Shown: piece by piece, positions 40,462 through 53,086 of the stretch
Layout of the letters: each line of letters starts with the position of its first letter
How positions within the stretch are numbered: the stretch's first letter is position 1
Source: Octopus bimaculoides
Lineage: Eukaryota
NCBI RefSeq assembly: GCF_001194135.2
Contig: NC_068991.1
Span: forward strand, 73,150,622 to 73,214,621
Direction: 5' to 3'
DNA length: 64,000 nt
Made by a program: the position numbers and the translations under genes
Notes under the pieces: model-generated
Databases searched by the model: none
Told to the model about the DNA's origin: nothing
Seen by the model: only the letters and a program-made list of their open reading frames with translations

Positions 40462-42702
40462 TCAGAAAAGTGCTCATTTCGTTAATTTAGCCATCAGCGC
40501 TCCTATCCAGTTGATTGCAATATTATAACCATTGAAACTTAGGTAGTTGGTCTTTGCAGATGTTTCCTTGGATTAATCCAACCTGCTCACTATGTATGTG
40601 AAGCGGCATTGCTATGTTAAGATTTTTCAGTGTTGTTTCGTACGCTTTAAAATAGCATTTCTTATGTAAATAAATTGCTGTAATTTTAATGTAACACTTA
40701 CATATATTACCGTCAATTGACCAGACTTCTTCACTATGTGTGAGAAGCATTGCAGCGCTGTCTATTTTTTTGGGTTCTTTAGAACATGTTAAAAATATCC
40801 TTTCTATGAATATAAATTAACAGCTGTTATTTTAATGTAAATTATATTAAAACATCGATCGAAAGCGCCAATTTTAGATCGAAAAGATTAACTGTCATTA
40901 ACATAGCATTTGCAATAAAATGTGTGTGTGTGTGTGTGTGTGTGTGTGCGGACGTGTATGATTGCGTCTGTGTGGTTGTGCAGATGTGCACGTGCAACTG
41001 TGTGTAATCAAAGAAATATTCATGTGCATATTTTGTCTTTACTTTCTTTTAATTTTTTTTTTTTTGGTGTCGCACTTCGACAGTTCAATGGCTGGCACTA
41101 GTAAACCATTACAGCAGTAAAACAGACACTTGGATTTTAATAAATATTATTTGATCGAAGTAAAAGCGACATATATTTCTGACAACGACAGACCAATCCT
41201 GAGGACTTGTTTATTTAGAAATTATGCGTAAATCTGTTCAGTTTGTCTAGTAAGAATTAAATAAAGTTGAGATGCATCTACCACATATAGATCTTTCAAG
41301 CGAACAGAAATTACACAAGACGTTACAACTGTCATCTTAAGACTTATTTTGAAAATTTAGTGTTCAAATAAGGTCGTGATTAAGGCCATCATCCTTCTTC
41401 GAAAACAAAAATCTGTTTACTTTCTTTAAATATAGAAGCTGATTATTATGAATTAGAGGAGCTTGTTGTTTGAACCAAATATAGAAGTATTTGGTTATCT
41501 TTGCATGTGAAAATTTGGAGGATTGGCAATTCAATCAAACAATTGATTTCGCTATTATGTAGAACTACACTCTGTTGAAAGGAGAAAAACAGTAGGGTAA
41601 TAATAAGTTATAATGGACAGGAGATTAACATCTGTTGGTATAAACCCTTGTAGATTTTTCTAAAGGTTTGTTGAAAATTACTGTGTGCGGTTTTGTGATC
41701 AAGAAGTTTTCTTTCCCATAACATAGTTGCAGTTCAGTCCCACTTCGCGGCACCTGAAGAAAGCAATGTTAAATTCATTTATTCCGATTCTACAAGCTTT
41801 GAAATAAATTTCTGTAATAGGAGACTGAGTAAAAACAATGTCGCAACGCCGCTTGTGTCTGGGAATCCTATTCTTGGCTAGTATTTGTAATTCGTTTCCC
41901 AGTTTGACCCAACCGTCTGGCTAATCTGAGACCTTAGCAAAACCCATTCTGTCCTCGCTATAATCATTATTTTGACTGCGAATATAACCTGCGAGCTTGT
42001 ATTAGACTTTCGCTAATTCTTTTATGTATTCACAATCAGATATAGACAGCCTGCAGCAGTGGCTTACTCTCCTAGAAATAGTTATCAAATATTCCTTAAA
42101 GAAAGAAGGACATATTGAATAATGTGGTTCTTCAATACTACACAAAACCTAAAATAAGACAAGATTTTCATAGCCGAAATGCAAACTCTTACACATATTT
42201 TAAATCATAAATAAGTCGATTAGAATGAATTTTTATATTGCTAGGCAATATTAAGCGTCTCAAACCTGGACAGAGTTAGTTGGGAGTTGAATTTGAATCA
42301 CTACCCAGTGAAATGAAAAACATTGAGTTACTTCCCCTTGCATTTGTATTAATCTCTTTTGCACTTTTTCTTTTCTTTTGATCATTGCACTGTAGCAATT
42401 CTGGAGCACCATACTCAGGTTCAGAGCTTCTCAGATCTATTCTAAGACTTATTTGAAATTTGGTATTTATGTAGCTTGTAGGCGAGCTAACAGCAGTTGT
42501 ACATCAGTGTGAGAAAATCACAAATACGCACTCATATATATATATATATATATATATATAGATATATAGAGCAGAGTATTGTAGTTCGCTTGAAGCATTG
42601 TGTATTGTTTGTAAAGAATAAAAAGTTTAGAATGGTACAACAATGCACTATAAAACAAAAAAATGGGTTATATACCTGTTGTAATTTGGTTATCTATAGT
42701 CC

Positions 42703-42738
42703 GATGATGTTTCGGAATTACAATTCCTTCTTCAGATC
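42703..42738 (-). ncRNA. Minimal type I hammerhead ribozyme motif with stem III mismatch
   Basis: GAU-CUGAAGA-A-GGAAU(UGUA)AUUCC-GAAA-CA-UC-AUC. Confidence 0.55.
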
Positions 42739-42846
42739 TTCTTAGCTGGAGTCTCTGCTATAGCTGGAGTCTCTGCTATAGCTGGAAGCTTCCGAAAAAA
42801 GAAAAGCCGTTGGAAAACTGATTATAGCAGAAACTCCAGCTAAGAA

Positions 42847-42882
42847 GATCTGAAGAAGGAATTGTAATTCCGAAATATCATC
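42847..42882 (+). ncRNA. Minimal type I hammerhead ribozyme motif, core intact
   Basis: GAU-CUGAAGA-A-GGAAU(UGUA)AUUCC-GAAA-UA-UC-AUC. CUGANGA and GAAA core, 5-bp stem II, palindromic AUAU stem III, AUC triplet, 3-bp stem I. Confidence 0.7.
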
Positions 42883-42970
42883 GGACTATAGATAACCAAA
42901 TTGCAACAGGTATATAACCCATTTTTTGTTTTATAGTGCATTGTTGTACCATTCTAAACTTTTTATTCTT

Positions 42971-43040
<70 letters not shown>

Positions 43041-43099
43041 AGAGAGAGAAGAGGGAGAGAGATGGAGAGAGAAACAGACAGACTGATAAAGAGACGGAT

Positions 43100-43151
<52 letters not shown>

Positions 43152-43668
43152 TAATGCGATTTTTACCCCCATGTGTTTTTTTTGTATCCCCGTGAAGTAA
43201 AGGTCCTAACCACACAATCTCAACAACGCATATGTTATAATATTTCTTTTCTTTGGAGCAATCTTGAAATATATTTTACCGTTTACTGAATTTATTTTTG
43301 TTGTGACTATTTTGGAAATGAAAAATAAAATTTTTTTAAAATCACTTCGTGAGCAAACGCAGAGATAATCGATAATTGCACGTTTAAACAAAGACGTTTG
43401 GAAAAAAGCAATCCATTAATAACAATTTTATGTGAGTTACTTTAAGTAAAATTGTAGTTAAATTTAATAACGATGACAAACTGATGAATTATTTTTTGAC
43501 ACCTGCGTTTGAAATCTTCACTTAACCCTTTAGAAAATAACACGAAAGTAATTCATTAAAATTGGTGCCCCACGATCAAAATGTCGGTTAATTCAGGCCG
43601 TTCAGGTAAAAAAAAAACTGCTAAATTATATCCACTAATTATATGACACATTTTCATTTTGAAATTAG

Positions 43669-43719
43669 GTACAAATATTGATATCGAGTAACATCGTCGA
43701 GTATAGTAACCCCTATAAG
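43669..43719 (+). CDS. Candidate 51-nt exon (VQILISSNIVEYSNPYK)
   Basis: ttttcattttgaaattag| ... aag|gtaatt; only phase 0 is open, and the exon is symmetric. Confidence 0.25.
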
Positions 43720-45499
43720 GTAATTATATTTAATTGAGCCGGATCGTTATGTTCTGAGATTAAAATTGAGCGAGATGAACGTTTCTTCTTATTCATCCAA
43801 TGTCGATAAATTAAAATATCAGTAAATTTCTGGGGATTATGGTATCGACTTTGCCTCTGTCCTTAAAACTGCTGTAATTGTATCTAAGTTAGAAACCGAT
43901 ATATATAATCACGCCGATGTGACTATATTGTCACTGAGCTTGCTAAAAATAGAAACTAAATGACTCCCAATCACAACTTACTGCCCTAAACAAAATGAGA
44001 CAATGGAGTACATCATGACCGGGAAAAATAAACGGGGTCACCACATTTGTATCTGATTGATCAAGAAATATCAGACCTAACAACTGACTGCAATTGCCGG
44101 CCTTCTACCTAAACTAGAGATAACAATTTAATGATGTATCAACCTTGTTAATGACTCGAAGAGGAAGACTGTCTCCGCAGATTTTGAAAATCTGCAGTCA
44201 GAACATTGGATATCGTAAAACATTTAGCGTAACAGTTTCTCAAATAATTTTATATTTTAGAGAACATCTTTGAATCTTAAAGTACCATATTTTTCTTTAT
44301 GGAACCTAACATTACTAGAACGTTGCGAAACCAGAAACGGGACTCTATTTGATCGATTTTCAACGCCAAAGTATCGCACATCATAAGATTGCTTCCTAAC
44401 AAAGATACAAAGCTACAGATTTTTGCTAGGAAAACTATTCTATATTTGATTAGTGGTATATTTTAACAAGCCTATAAGGGTGAAACGAAGTAAATTAAAC
44501 CGTCGGGATTTGAATGTATTCAGATCGGAAAGCCACAACACTGAAAGGCATTTTTCCCATCGTTTTAACAAGTCTACCAATCTATTCTCTCCTTATACCA
44601 AAACAATATAGATTTGCGCTAAATTATTGCAGTAAAGTTTCTTCAAAGTAGAATCAGCTGCTACACAAGCTAAGGTCAAGTTACCTTTCATGAAGCTACC
44701 GCGTCTATCGTCCTCCAACTCTTCCACTGACACTCACAAATATCCAAATATCACTCAATCGCTCACTGTCTTATTTACTTATGCTCTGATATGAAATCGT
44801 CCTTCACTCCGTCTCTCTTTCTCGTTCATTCTTCCTCTAACCTTACACTGTCCTTCGTCCCTCGTTCTCATTACCATACACGTGCACAAACACATACAGC
44901 CATTCACTTCTCATACATATACGTACATGATGCATTAAACAGAAAGTTTTGACGACAGGTAATCGCCGATATCCACGCACAACTATCCTTTACATTTTAA
45001 ATCCAACACGCTCTTCAGCATCGCCACCATGTTTGGATTTATCTGCATGAGTATATACGCGTGTGCATATACATACATACACGCATACATACAAACGTAC
45101 ATTCACACATATATACAAAAGTACATACATGCATACATGCATACGTACATACATACTTACATGCGTACATACATGCATACATACAGAGAGACATATATAC
45201 AAATATATATGACAGAAAGTGACAGAGCGAGGGAGAGGGACAGAACCGTTCCATATACAATGTCATCAGTATTTACATGTATATTCTGTCTCCCCCTTTC
45301 TCTCCTCTTTCACTTTGTCTGTCATATATATATAAACATACATTCATATACACATAAACATATATAAATCACACACACACACGCACACTCACACGCACAC
45401 ATATATGCATGCATGTATCTTTTGAAGCCTTTCAGCAGTGAAATTATAATCTTTTCATAAACATCCAAATGCTGTCTAAACTAAACACTTTAATAAACA

Positions 45500-45546
<47 letters not shown>

Positions 45547-46428
45547 CACACACATACACACGGGCGCGCTCATAGGCATGTATATGCCTGCATGTCTAGT
45601 GAAATATGTATATAATTATGTCTATGTGGGTGGACCTGTAGGAGTGTGGAGGCTGTATCTATGCAGGTATGAAATATATAATAATCGAAATCATTTTATC
45701 GAACAAACGTTTGTTATTAGTAGAAAAAGAGGAAACGAATTTTAAAATATTTCCTAAGAAATAAAGATGGTATGTAATATTATTTTCTCGGTGATTTTAA
45801 ACGAATGTTTGCAAACATTATTTTAACTACCAATATATTTATCACTATTATGCTTACTTTTTAAAAATAAATATTATGTAAACAGTTAAGAAACACCATG
45901 AATTAATATCCTACATGAATTAATAAAACGAATAAGCATTGTATCTCATGATAACAGTAGAGATTACATAACAAATATAACAAGAACATCAATGCCGAAA
46001 ACGACAATAATAATAGCGCTACACTAGCATAACATTTAAATATAGTATTTCTAAGCAAACGTTTGCATTTACTTTGTAACTATGTATTTACATTTCACTT
46101 AAATATATCATATGAAACTAAACATTCTATTAATAAAGTGAACAGTGTAAATAGTAACTCTTGCTCATAATGTTTCACTGTTGCTATGAATATTACACAC
46201 CTTCATTAATTCCTGTTCTAAGATTTCTGTCTATTTTAATATTCTAACATCGTTGATTTGCATCTAAAAAAAATATTGGCCATTTATAAAACTCTCAATT
46301 TAGATTCAATTTGATGTAATAGCTACTATTAAACATCAGATCAAACCAAACCAGTTTTAAATTGTTTATGAACAAACAACTAGTTCTTTACTCTTCTATG
46401 ATGTGATGTTATCTGTCTTCGTTTTCAG

Positions 46429-46468
46429 AAATATTGGATAACAGCATTGCAAATGGAAAATAATAAAA
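46429..46468 (+). CDS. Candidate 40-nt exon (KYWITALQMENNK)
   Basis: ctgtcttcgttttcag| ... aaa|gtgagc. Open in phase 0 to 1, with an in-frame ATG at 46453. Confidence 0.4.
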
Positions 46469-48177
46469 GTGAGCTTTCAGTAACGTTGGTGATGTTTGTC
46501 GTGGAACGAATAATTGAATGTCAAAGTAAACAGTATTTCAAACTTCGATTTGAATCTGTGAATGATTTTCACTAAAATGTCTGCATACTTCTTTTGTTAT
46601 TCTAAGATCTTCTGTAAGCGAGTAAAATTATGATTCCCTGAGAAGCTGTAATAAAACTGAAACATGTCAGATAGATTATCACATTTACAAAAGATCAGGA
46701 CCTGGAGGCAGGTATTTATCTTTTAAATTAATATGAAACTCGGATTTTAGTCCTTGATCCTGTTGCCATGAATTGTTATTGAAGCTAAATTTGATTAAAC
46801 AGTTCTTGTTCACACCTAATGTGAATAGTTCTTGTACGATAACACGTACTTCATTATACGTTCTCCGCGTAGAAGGTACACCAAAAAAAAATTTCTCGTA
46901 TCAATATTTGTTTCTCATGTTTATTAGGTGGTGAATTGGTAGAGTCCTTAAAGCGACGGATGAAATGACTCGTGAGAGTTGTTTGGAATCCCTTTGCTCT
47001 GAGTTAGAATACAACTGAGGTCATCTTTTCATATCTTCCTTTCGGGGACGAGAGGAATTCCCAAAGGTAGGTCGATGGATTGGCTGAAGGCTTCGACGAT
47101 CGACGGTGGAGCAACGTGTGTTACAGTATTTGATTCAGGTCTTTGCAATTTAAAAACAACGCCTGTGATGGCACGGGTGCCAAGATGTACTGCCAAAGAC
47201 GATGGTCTTTCCCTTGGTTAAACCGCAGGGTCAAGGAAAGGGGAGACGTGCATGAATCCGAAACTGTCAGATTTTCTGAAAAATGTTGCCTAGCTTTGCT
47301 CATATATGTGCCGATGTATGGCCGGTCTTGACCGACGAAGGCCTTTCAGCGTATAAACATGAAGTTTTGTTTGTGAAAAATCAATACACGTATCTATGAA
47401 ATATCTGAACTGTACCAATTTTATTCTCCAATCAGAAGGATGATCTAATAAATACTACTTCAAATGTTAAGTTAGGAAGGAAACGACTAAACCTGATAGG
47501 CGAGCATGATTTAGCAGCATTTTGCAGCGTCAGCGACTAGATTTGAACACGCAAGATTTGATACACAAGTTACCGTTTTCTCCTTTCACTCATTTTCGTT
47601 ATAGTATTTCCTCTCCAACAACACCAGTGCACTGAATCTGGCAGTGATAGAAAACGTAATTTGTACACAAACTCGAGAACTCACATTGGAGAGGAGGTAC
47701 TATTTGATTAAATCGAACCCAGTACTTGTCGAAGCAAATCAAGGTCAAGATATGGTTCAAATTCTTGACAAGAAATTTCACCTAGCGTTTCTAATAAATT
47801 ACTATGCTAATGCTCACTTTCATTTCACATCTCTCTTGTGCTGCAAAGGCTTGTTGTCTGCACAAGAAATCAATATACTTTAATCCAGTAAAATGTTATT
47901 TTCGATTGAAATAGTATGTGGATCGCTCTGTGTTATATTTCTTTTACATCTTTCCAAATAGTTACATTGTTAGACGTTAGCAACAATTCATGTTAAACAA
48001 CTCTGGTCTGACAAAATTATTTTACACTCAAACCAAAACTGAAACATTTTACGTAATTGTTTCTAAGAAACGACTACGTAAACTAATGATGTCCATCTTT
48101 GTAACCTGGCTAACCTTGAGAAGATTTCATTGGATTAAACTTAATGCCGAAATATTAAATAATCCTAAGTTCATTAT

Positions 48178-48223
<46 letters not shown>

Positions 48224-48526
48224 CCTTCCTTTCCTGCAGTACTGAAATGAAGATTTTGCTGTTTTTGTTATCAGTGTGCTTTATTTTCTTTTTAAATTCT
48301 GTAAAGTACGAAATATTGTTTTAAGATATATTATGTGATGAAAGGCAGTTTGCGAGAAAGTTTATTAACTAAGGAATGATTGACGTTCTTTATTAATAAA
48401 TGTCCTTTATATATTTATATGTAATTAAGCATATTTTGACTGTTTCGTTTACTACGCCTCCAGAGTATGTATGCGCAAGTTTGAACATGTAATTGTTTGT
48501 NNNNNNNNNNACTCATACATATATGA

Positions 48527-48578
<52 letters not shown>

Positions 48579-48631
48579 TTGCCACACATGTTTCCGTCTA
48601 CTAACTCCCTTTTACTCTGCTTCCTCCGCAG

Positions 48632-48663
48632 TTGAATCAAAACCGCACCGAAATGCTCACAGG
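48632..48663 (+). CDS. Candidate 32-nt exon (IESKPHRNAHR)
   Basis: Strong acceptor ctcccttttactctgcttcctccgcag| and donor agg|gtgagt. Phase 1 to 0, compatible with 46429-46468. Confidence 0.45.
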
Positions 48664-48729
48664 GTGAGTTTCTTTAGCATCCAGCCAATCGTAACTATTA
48701 GATATCACATTAATATATTTCGTCAGTAT

Positions 48730-48935
48730 TCACTCAGTGGCTTAAGAGAATCTTTAGAAAATGCATTGTGTATTTATTCTGAATCTTCGCATTCTTTGTT
48801 CAAATCCCACCGAGGTCAACTTTGCCATTCATCCCTCAGCGAGTCAATGCGATTAAGTTATGAGTTAACCGGTGGAGTTCATTGAGTCGACTTTTATTCT
48901 TCCCGAGCAGAATTGTTCCCGTGTTAGAAATAATT
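48730..48935 (+). mobile_element. Degenerate family A SINE
   Basis: ttgttcaaatcccaccgaggtcaactttgccattcatcc. Confidence 0.65.
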
Positions 48936-49604
48936 ATGTTATCGTATTGTTGTTTTCTATTGAATATACTTTGCTATTTCAACTAAAAATTATGGCCGCG
49001 CATGAAGTAAATATCATGTAACAATACAGAAATTATATTATGTATTCGATTCTTTATTCTGTATATTTTCAAGTGTAGTTAATCGTTTTGGTAAATTTAA
49101 TCAGGATTATTTTCCCAGACTTGCACAAGTATACGAACTGATACAAAATGTGTTCGACATAGCTTGTCTAAATTGCAAACAACTTAACCGGCATTAAAGG
49201 GATAACTATAGTTTATTCTATTAGAGAGTTAGCATCTACTAAAAGAGATCCTTTAATGGTTTCAGTAAGTAATTAATGTGGCGACACGAGAGGTTTAAAG
49301 TCGGTCACATCGCATCCAGTACGTATGTAAATCTGCTTCATGTTAATCGAATCTCGAAGTACACTTGGACATAACGGGACACAATGCTGATGTATACAAG
49401 TAAACACACACAAACACATGCACACACATGCGCTTACATGTACACATGTGTATATGATGGACTTATGCTCTGTTAATATCTACCAAATTATACTTATAGG
49501 AGCACTAGCCATCTTGGGACCGCATTAGCATTAGATTGCTTTTCTCTTCAAAGCAAGGACACTTCGATCTCTAACAATCTACAAAGCTCAGTCGAAACAA
49601 TTCT

Positions 49605-50015
49605 TTTCTACTCTAGGTAGGGGGAGGGCGCCACTCGATTAGATCGATCCGGTACACAACTGGTACTTAATTTATCGACCCTAAACAAGGAAAGGCAAAG
49701 TCGACCTGGGCAGGATTTGAACTCAGAACGTAAAGACAGACGAAATACCGCTAAACATTTAGGCCCGGCATGCTAACGTTTCTTATTTCTTTATTGCCCA
49801 CAACGAGCTAAACATAGAGGGGACAAGCAGGGATAGACAGAGCGATTAAGTCGATTACAGCGACCCCAGTGCGTAACTGGAACTTAATTTATCGACCCCG
49901 AAAGGATAAAAGGCAAAGCCGACCACGGCGGAATTTGAACTCGGAAAGTAAAGACAGACGAAATACCACTAAGCATTTCGCCCGGCGTGCTAACGTTTCT
50001 GCGAGCTCGCCGCCT
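49605..50015 (-). mobile_element. Family A SINE head-to-tail dimer
   Basis: Unit 1 has a long tail (...gtcccctctatgtttagc..gtgggcaataaagaaata) and joins unit 2 at agaaacgttagc. Confidence 0.88.
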
Positions 50016-52185
50016 TGCTCAGGCAAAACAATTAATGAAGCAAAGCTCACAAGGTTGCAAATAAACAAACATCAACCAAGGCAAAGGAGAAACACTCGAC
50101 TAATTAGCATAAAGTCAACAGATTTCAAACGCTCGACCATCGACGTATTGTCTTTTCTATTCTTTGCCTTTTTAAGGTCTTCTACACGACCTCTGCACAT
50201 CGAAGAGCTTGTCTCTTGCAACCGCCATTCAGATACCACCGGTTCACTATTTTCGCTTCCTAACTTCACCCATATCGTGTTCATTCCATAGTCTCCACAG
50301 CAACCAATACACCTCGTTCTTCACCAGAACGCAGGATCACTGTAATTTACCCACACACGTACATCTGAAAATCTTAACGGAATCACTCTTACAGGTGTCG
50401 AAAATCTGAAAAAGCCATGGGTACGGCATCATTTTTCAGTTCTCAAAAATAGAAACAAACGTTACTATGCCCGCAAGTGGAACCGGGTTCCACGTTGGTG
50501 GCAAAGCAAACATATTTTCCTACAAATCTTTGTGTCGGCTAATGCATTCTTAGCAGAGTTAAAAGCAAATTATGACCTTGCTTTGATATACAGGTTTCAT
50601 AATCTCGAAAATCCTCAGCAGACAATGTTGTGTGATAATTAATCAACTGATAAACATATAATAAATTCCACGAATTTACTCCTAAGCCAAAGATAGAATT
50701 AAACTATGGATGAGTTGATAAATCTCGTAAGAGATTATTATAGTTGTTGGCAATGTTACAAGCTGAAGTCACTGAGCGAAAGACGCGAAGTGATTTATGA
50801 GAGATAAATATGACAGAACTATGAACTGAAATGTTTAAGTACTTAATTATATTACCCTGATACCTAAACTCCCCGACTTTCTAGATTCAAACCCACAATG
50901 CACCTGTTACCTTGTTCCAGTTGATTTATTTCCGTCTTTAAATGAGATACATCAGTTTTGAAACGTCGATATCACAGGATGAATTCTTACAGAACAGTTT
51001 ATTTAATTCTTAGTCGAACGAAACTTTTAAAAATGACAACATAAACATAGAATATTCTGGTGAGAAGAATGTATTTTAATGTTTATAATTTCCGAAATGG
51101 ATTTACAATCCGATATGTAACGCTTAAAAAGTTATACAACGAAATGTCTTAATATTTAGCAACGAATTTTTGTCTTCGGCACATTTCTTTTCAGCTACTG
51201 ACGTCAAAGTGTTTAATATTCTACATGGAATATACATTTGATACATTTTGCATATAGTAATAAAAAGTCTTTCCGTAAGCAAATACTCATAAGGTAATAC
51301 AGAAAATGGGAAGAAACTAACATGCTTACATGAAAATACATGGAAAATAAAGCAAAAAGATAAAAGCCAAAAAATAAAACCAAGTTTTTAGATATAGGCT
51401 AATCTGCGCTTAAAATTATATTGAAGAATTACATTAGGCAGTTGAAATCCAGTTCTTTTGTAATGTCACACACACACACGTGTGTATGTGTGTGCGTTGT
51501 GTGTGTCTGTGTACGTGTGTTTGTATGCGAGTGCGAGTGTGCGTGTGTGAGTGCGTATGTATATATTTGTATACGGCTTTCTGTTATCGACAATTGTGGT
51601 GGATTTGAATATAGGAATTACCAAATAGTTTATAGTGCCACGTATTAGTAAAACTACTAGGGATTACAATAAGCATTACGCAATTCAAATAAAAGAAAAC
51701 AGAAGCATTCTGATATAGTTACTGTGAGAATATAATCAACGAATATGCAATACATATTCCGTCGTTATATTCTACGAGAAGTATTAAATTTTACAAAACA
51801 TATAACAAGACAGATGCAAATTTTACAGCGTGTTTAGTTCTGTAGAGAAAAACACAGATTTATATGTGTGAGGACGTGTGTGTAAATATATATACGAATG
51901 AGCAGACAAACGAAAGGGTACTCAATACGTTTATTGGAAGTTAACCGCTATGGATCAAAACAGTTTGATTCAAATCCTTCTTTCTCTTAGTTTCAAGCGT
52001 GATACTAATCTTCGGCCATAGCAATTTGGATGAAGAAAGTCAAATATTTACTACCGGAACGTTAGCCTGTGATTGGTCACAATGTTTCACGTGGTGTCAC
52101 AGTTTGATGTTGCTATTTCAGCGACATAAATATAAATATATATATCTTTAATCTCCTTTCTGTCAACACTTCAAATGTAAAGCTC

Positions 52186-52224
52186 TTCCCTGAAAACGGA
52201 GGCTTACATTATCCGAAGTTGGAA
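52186..52224 (+). ncRNA. Degenerate hammerhead-like motif
   Basis: UUCC-CUGAAAA-C-GGA(11 nt)UCC-GAAG-UU-GGAA. Stems I and II are intact, but the core is mutated. Confidence 0.35.
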
Positions 52225-52572
52225 TCAATTTACAATCATTATTTTGGCCCACCAAGCCCACAAAAACAGCTGTTGGACTCTTAAAACTCTTATTCAGCCC
52301 CTTTAATTCCTGATATTATTTCCATTCGGTGTAAGTCGGACCTTTTTATATGTGAAAATATGTACATTTTTTTGTATCAAATGTATTTAATATTTTTGGT
52401 ATATCGACTTGCGTAGATTGCTTATCTTTACATCTACTCCTATATATATACGTGTGTGTGTGTTTGTATTATAGGCGAGAATGTGAATTTCGATCGAAGT
52501 ATTGCTGTGAGAACAGCAGGAAAAGATTGAGTATTTACTCTTGTTAAACAGAAAAAAAGAATTGTTAGTAAA

Positions 52573-52634
52573 GTATGGGAATCGAACCCTATACTCCTCA
52601 GCTACAGTGTTCTATCATTAAGCTATACAGGCCC
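52573..52634 (-). pseudogene. tRNA-like fragment / SINE head
   Basis: A-box tagcttaatgatagaac and B-box ggttcgattccc, but the anticodon and acceptor stems are not formed. Confidence 0.5.
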
Positions 52635-53049
52635 TAACATCAATTATTATCAATTTTAATGCTAAATAATAGCTTTTCTTTTAATGCTAAATGATAGCAG
52701 GAAGATATTACAAAGAGATTTTGGAGCCGCCGAATGTGCTGGTATTTTACAGAAAAGAAAGTCAGTTTCGAATGCAGTACAACTGTAAGAACAGCAGATA
52801 TTATTACCGAAGTGTGTATTTTAGTTTTATAGTTAGCTTTTCTGTTAAATATAAACTTTAGTTTTGAAATGTCACTTTTTTTCTTAAATTAATTCAATAA
52901 ATTAATTAAATTTACTAGATATATGAGACAGTGGCACTCGTCTGTTATGTTTATTCTGCAGCATCTTCATCGACAGACAAAAACGAATCGACAGGGCGCT
53001 GCCTGTTCTATATACAACTTCATGTTGATGGCAATTGTAGCGCACTGTA

Positions 53050-53086
53050 ATGCTGATGAAAGTTAATGAGCTAGAAACGACGTCAT
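53050..53086 (+). ncRNA. Degenerate hammerhead-like motif
   Basis: AUG-CUGAUGA-A-AGUU(AAUG)AGCU-A-GAAA-CGACG-UC-AU. Stem I is out of register by 1 nt. Confidence 0.3.

Larger units (their letters stand above)
42610..42974. mobile_element. Foldback element, ~152-bp inverted arms (Penelope pseudo-LTR-like)
   Basis: Arms 42610-42762 and 42823-42974 differ by 3 substitutions and 1 indel. An 18-bp tandem duplication lies at 42744-42779. Confidence 0.9.

Noticed and set aside
44155-44205. Hairpin gcagatttt-g-aaaatctgc with hammerhead-like flanks
   Set aside because: The core reads UCGAAGA and AGAAC, and no stem I or stem III forms.
45235-45275. Minus-strand CUGAUGA with a 3-bp hairpin
   Set aside because: It has GAAC instead of GAAA and no stem I.
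47140-47200. NACDGTGA, resembling the HGKxxCDGxG transposase motif
   Set aside because: The HG residues and surrounding conservation are missing.
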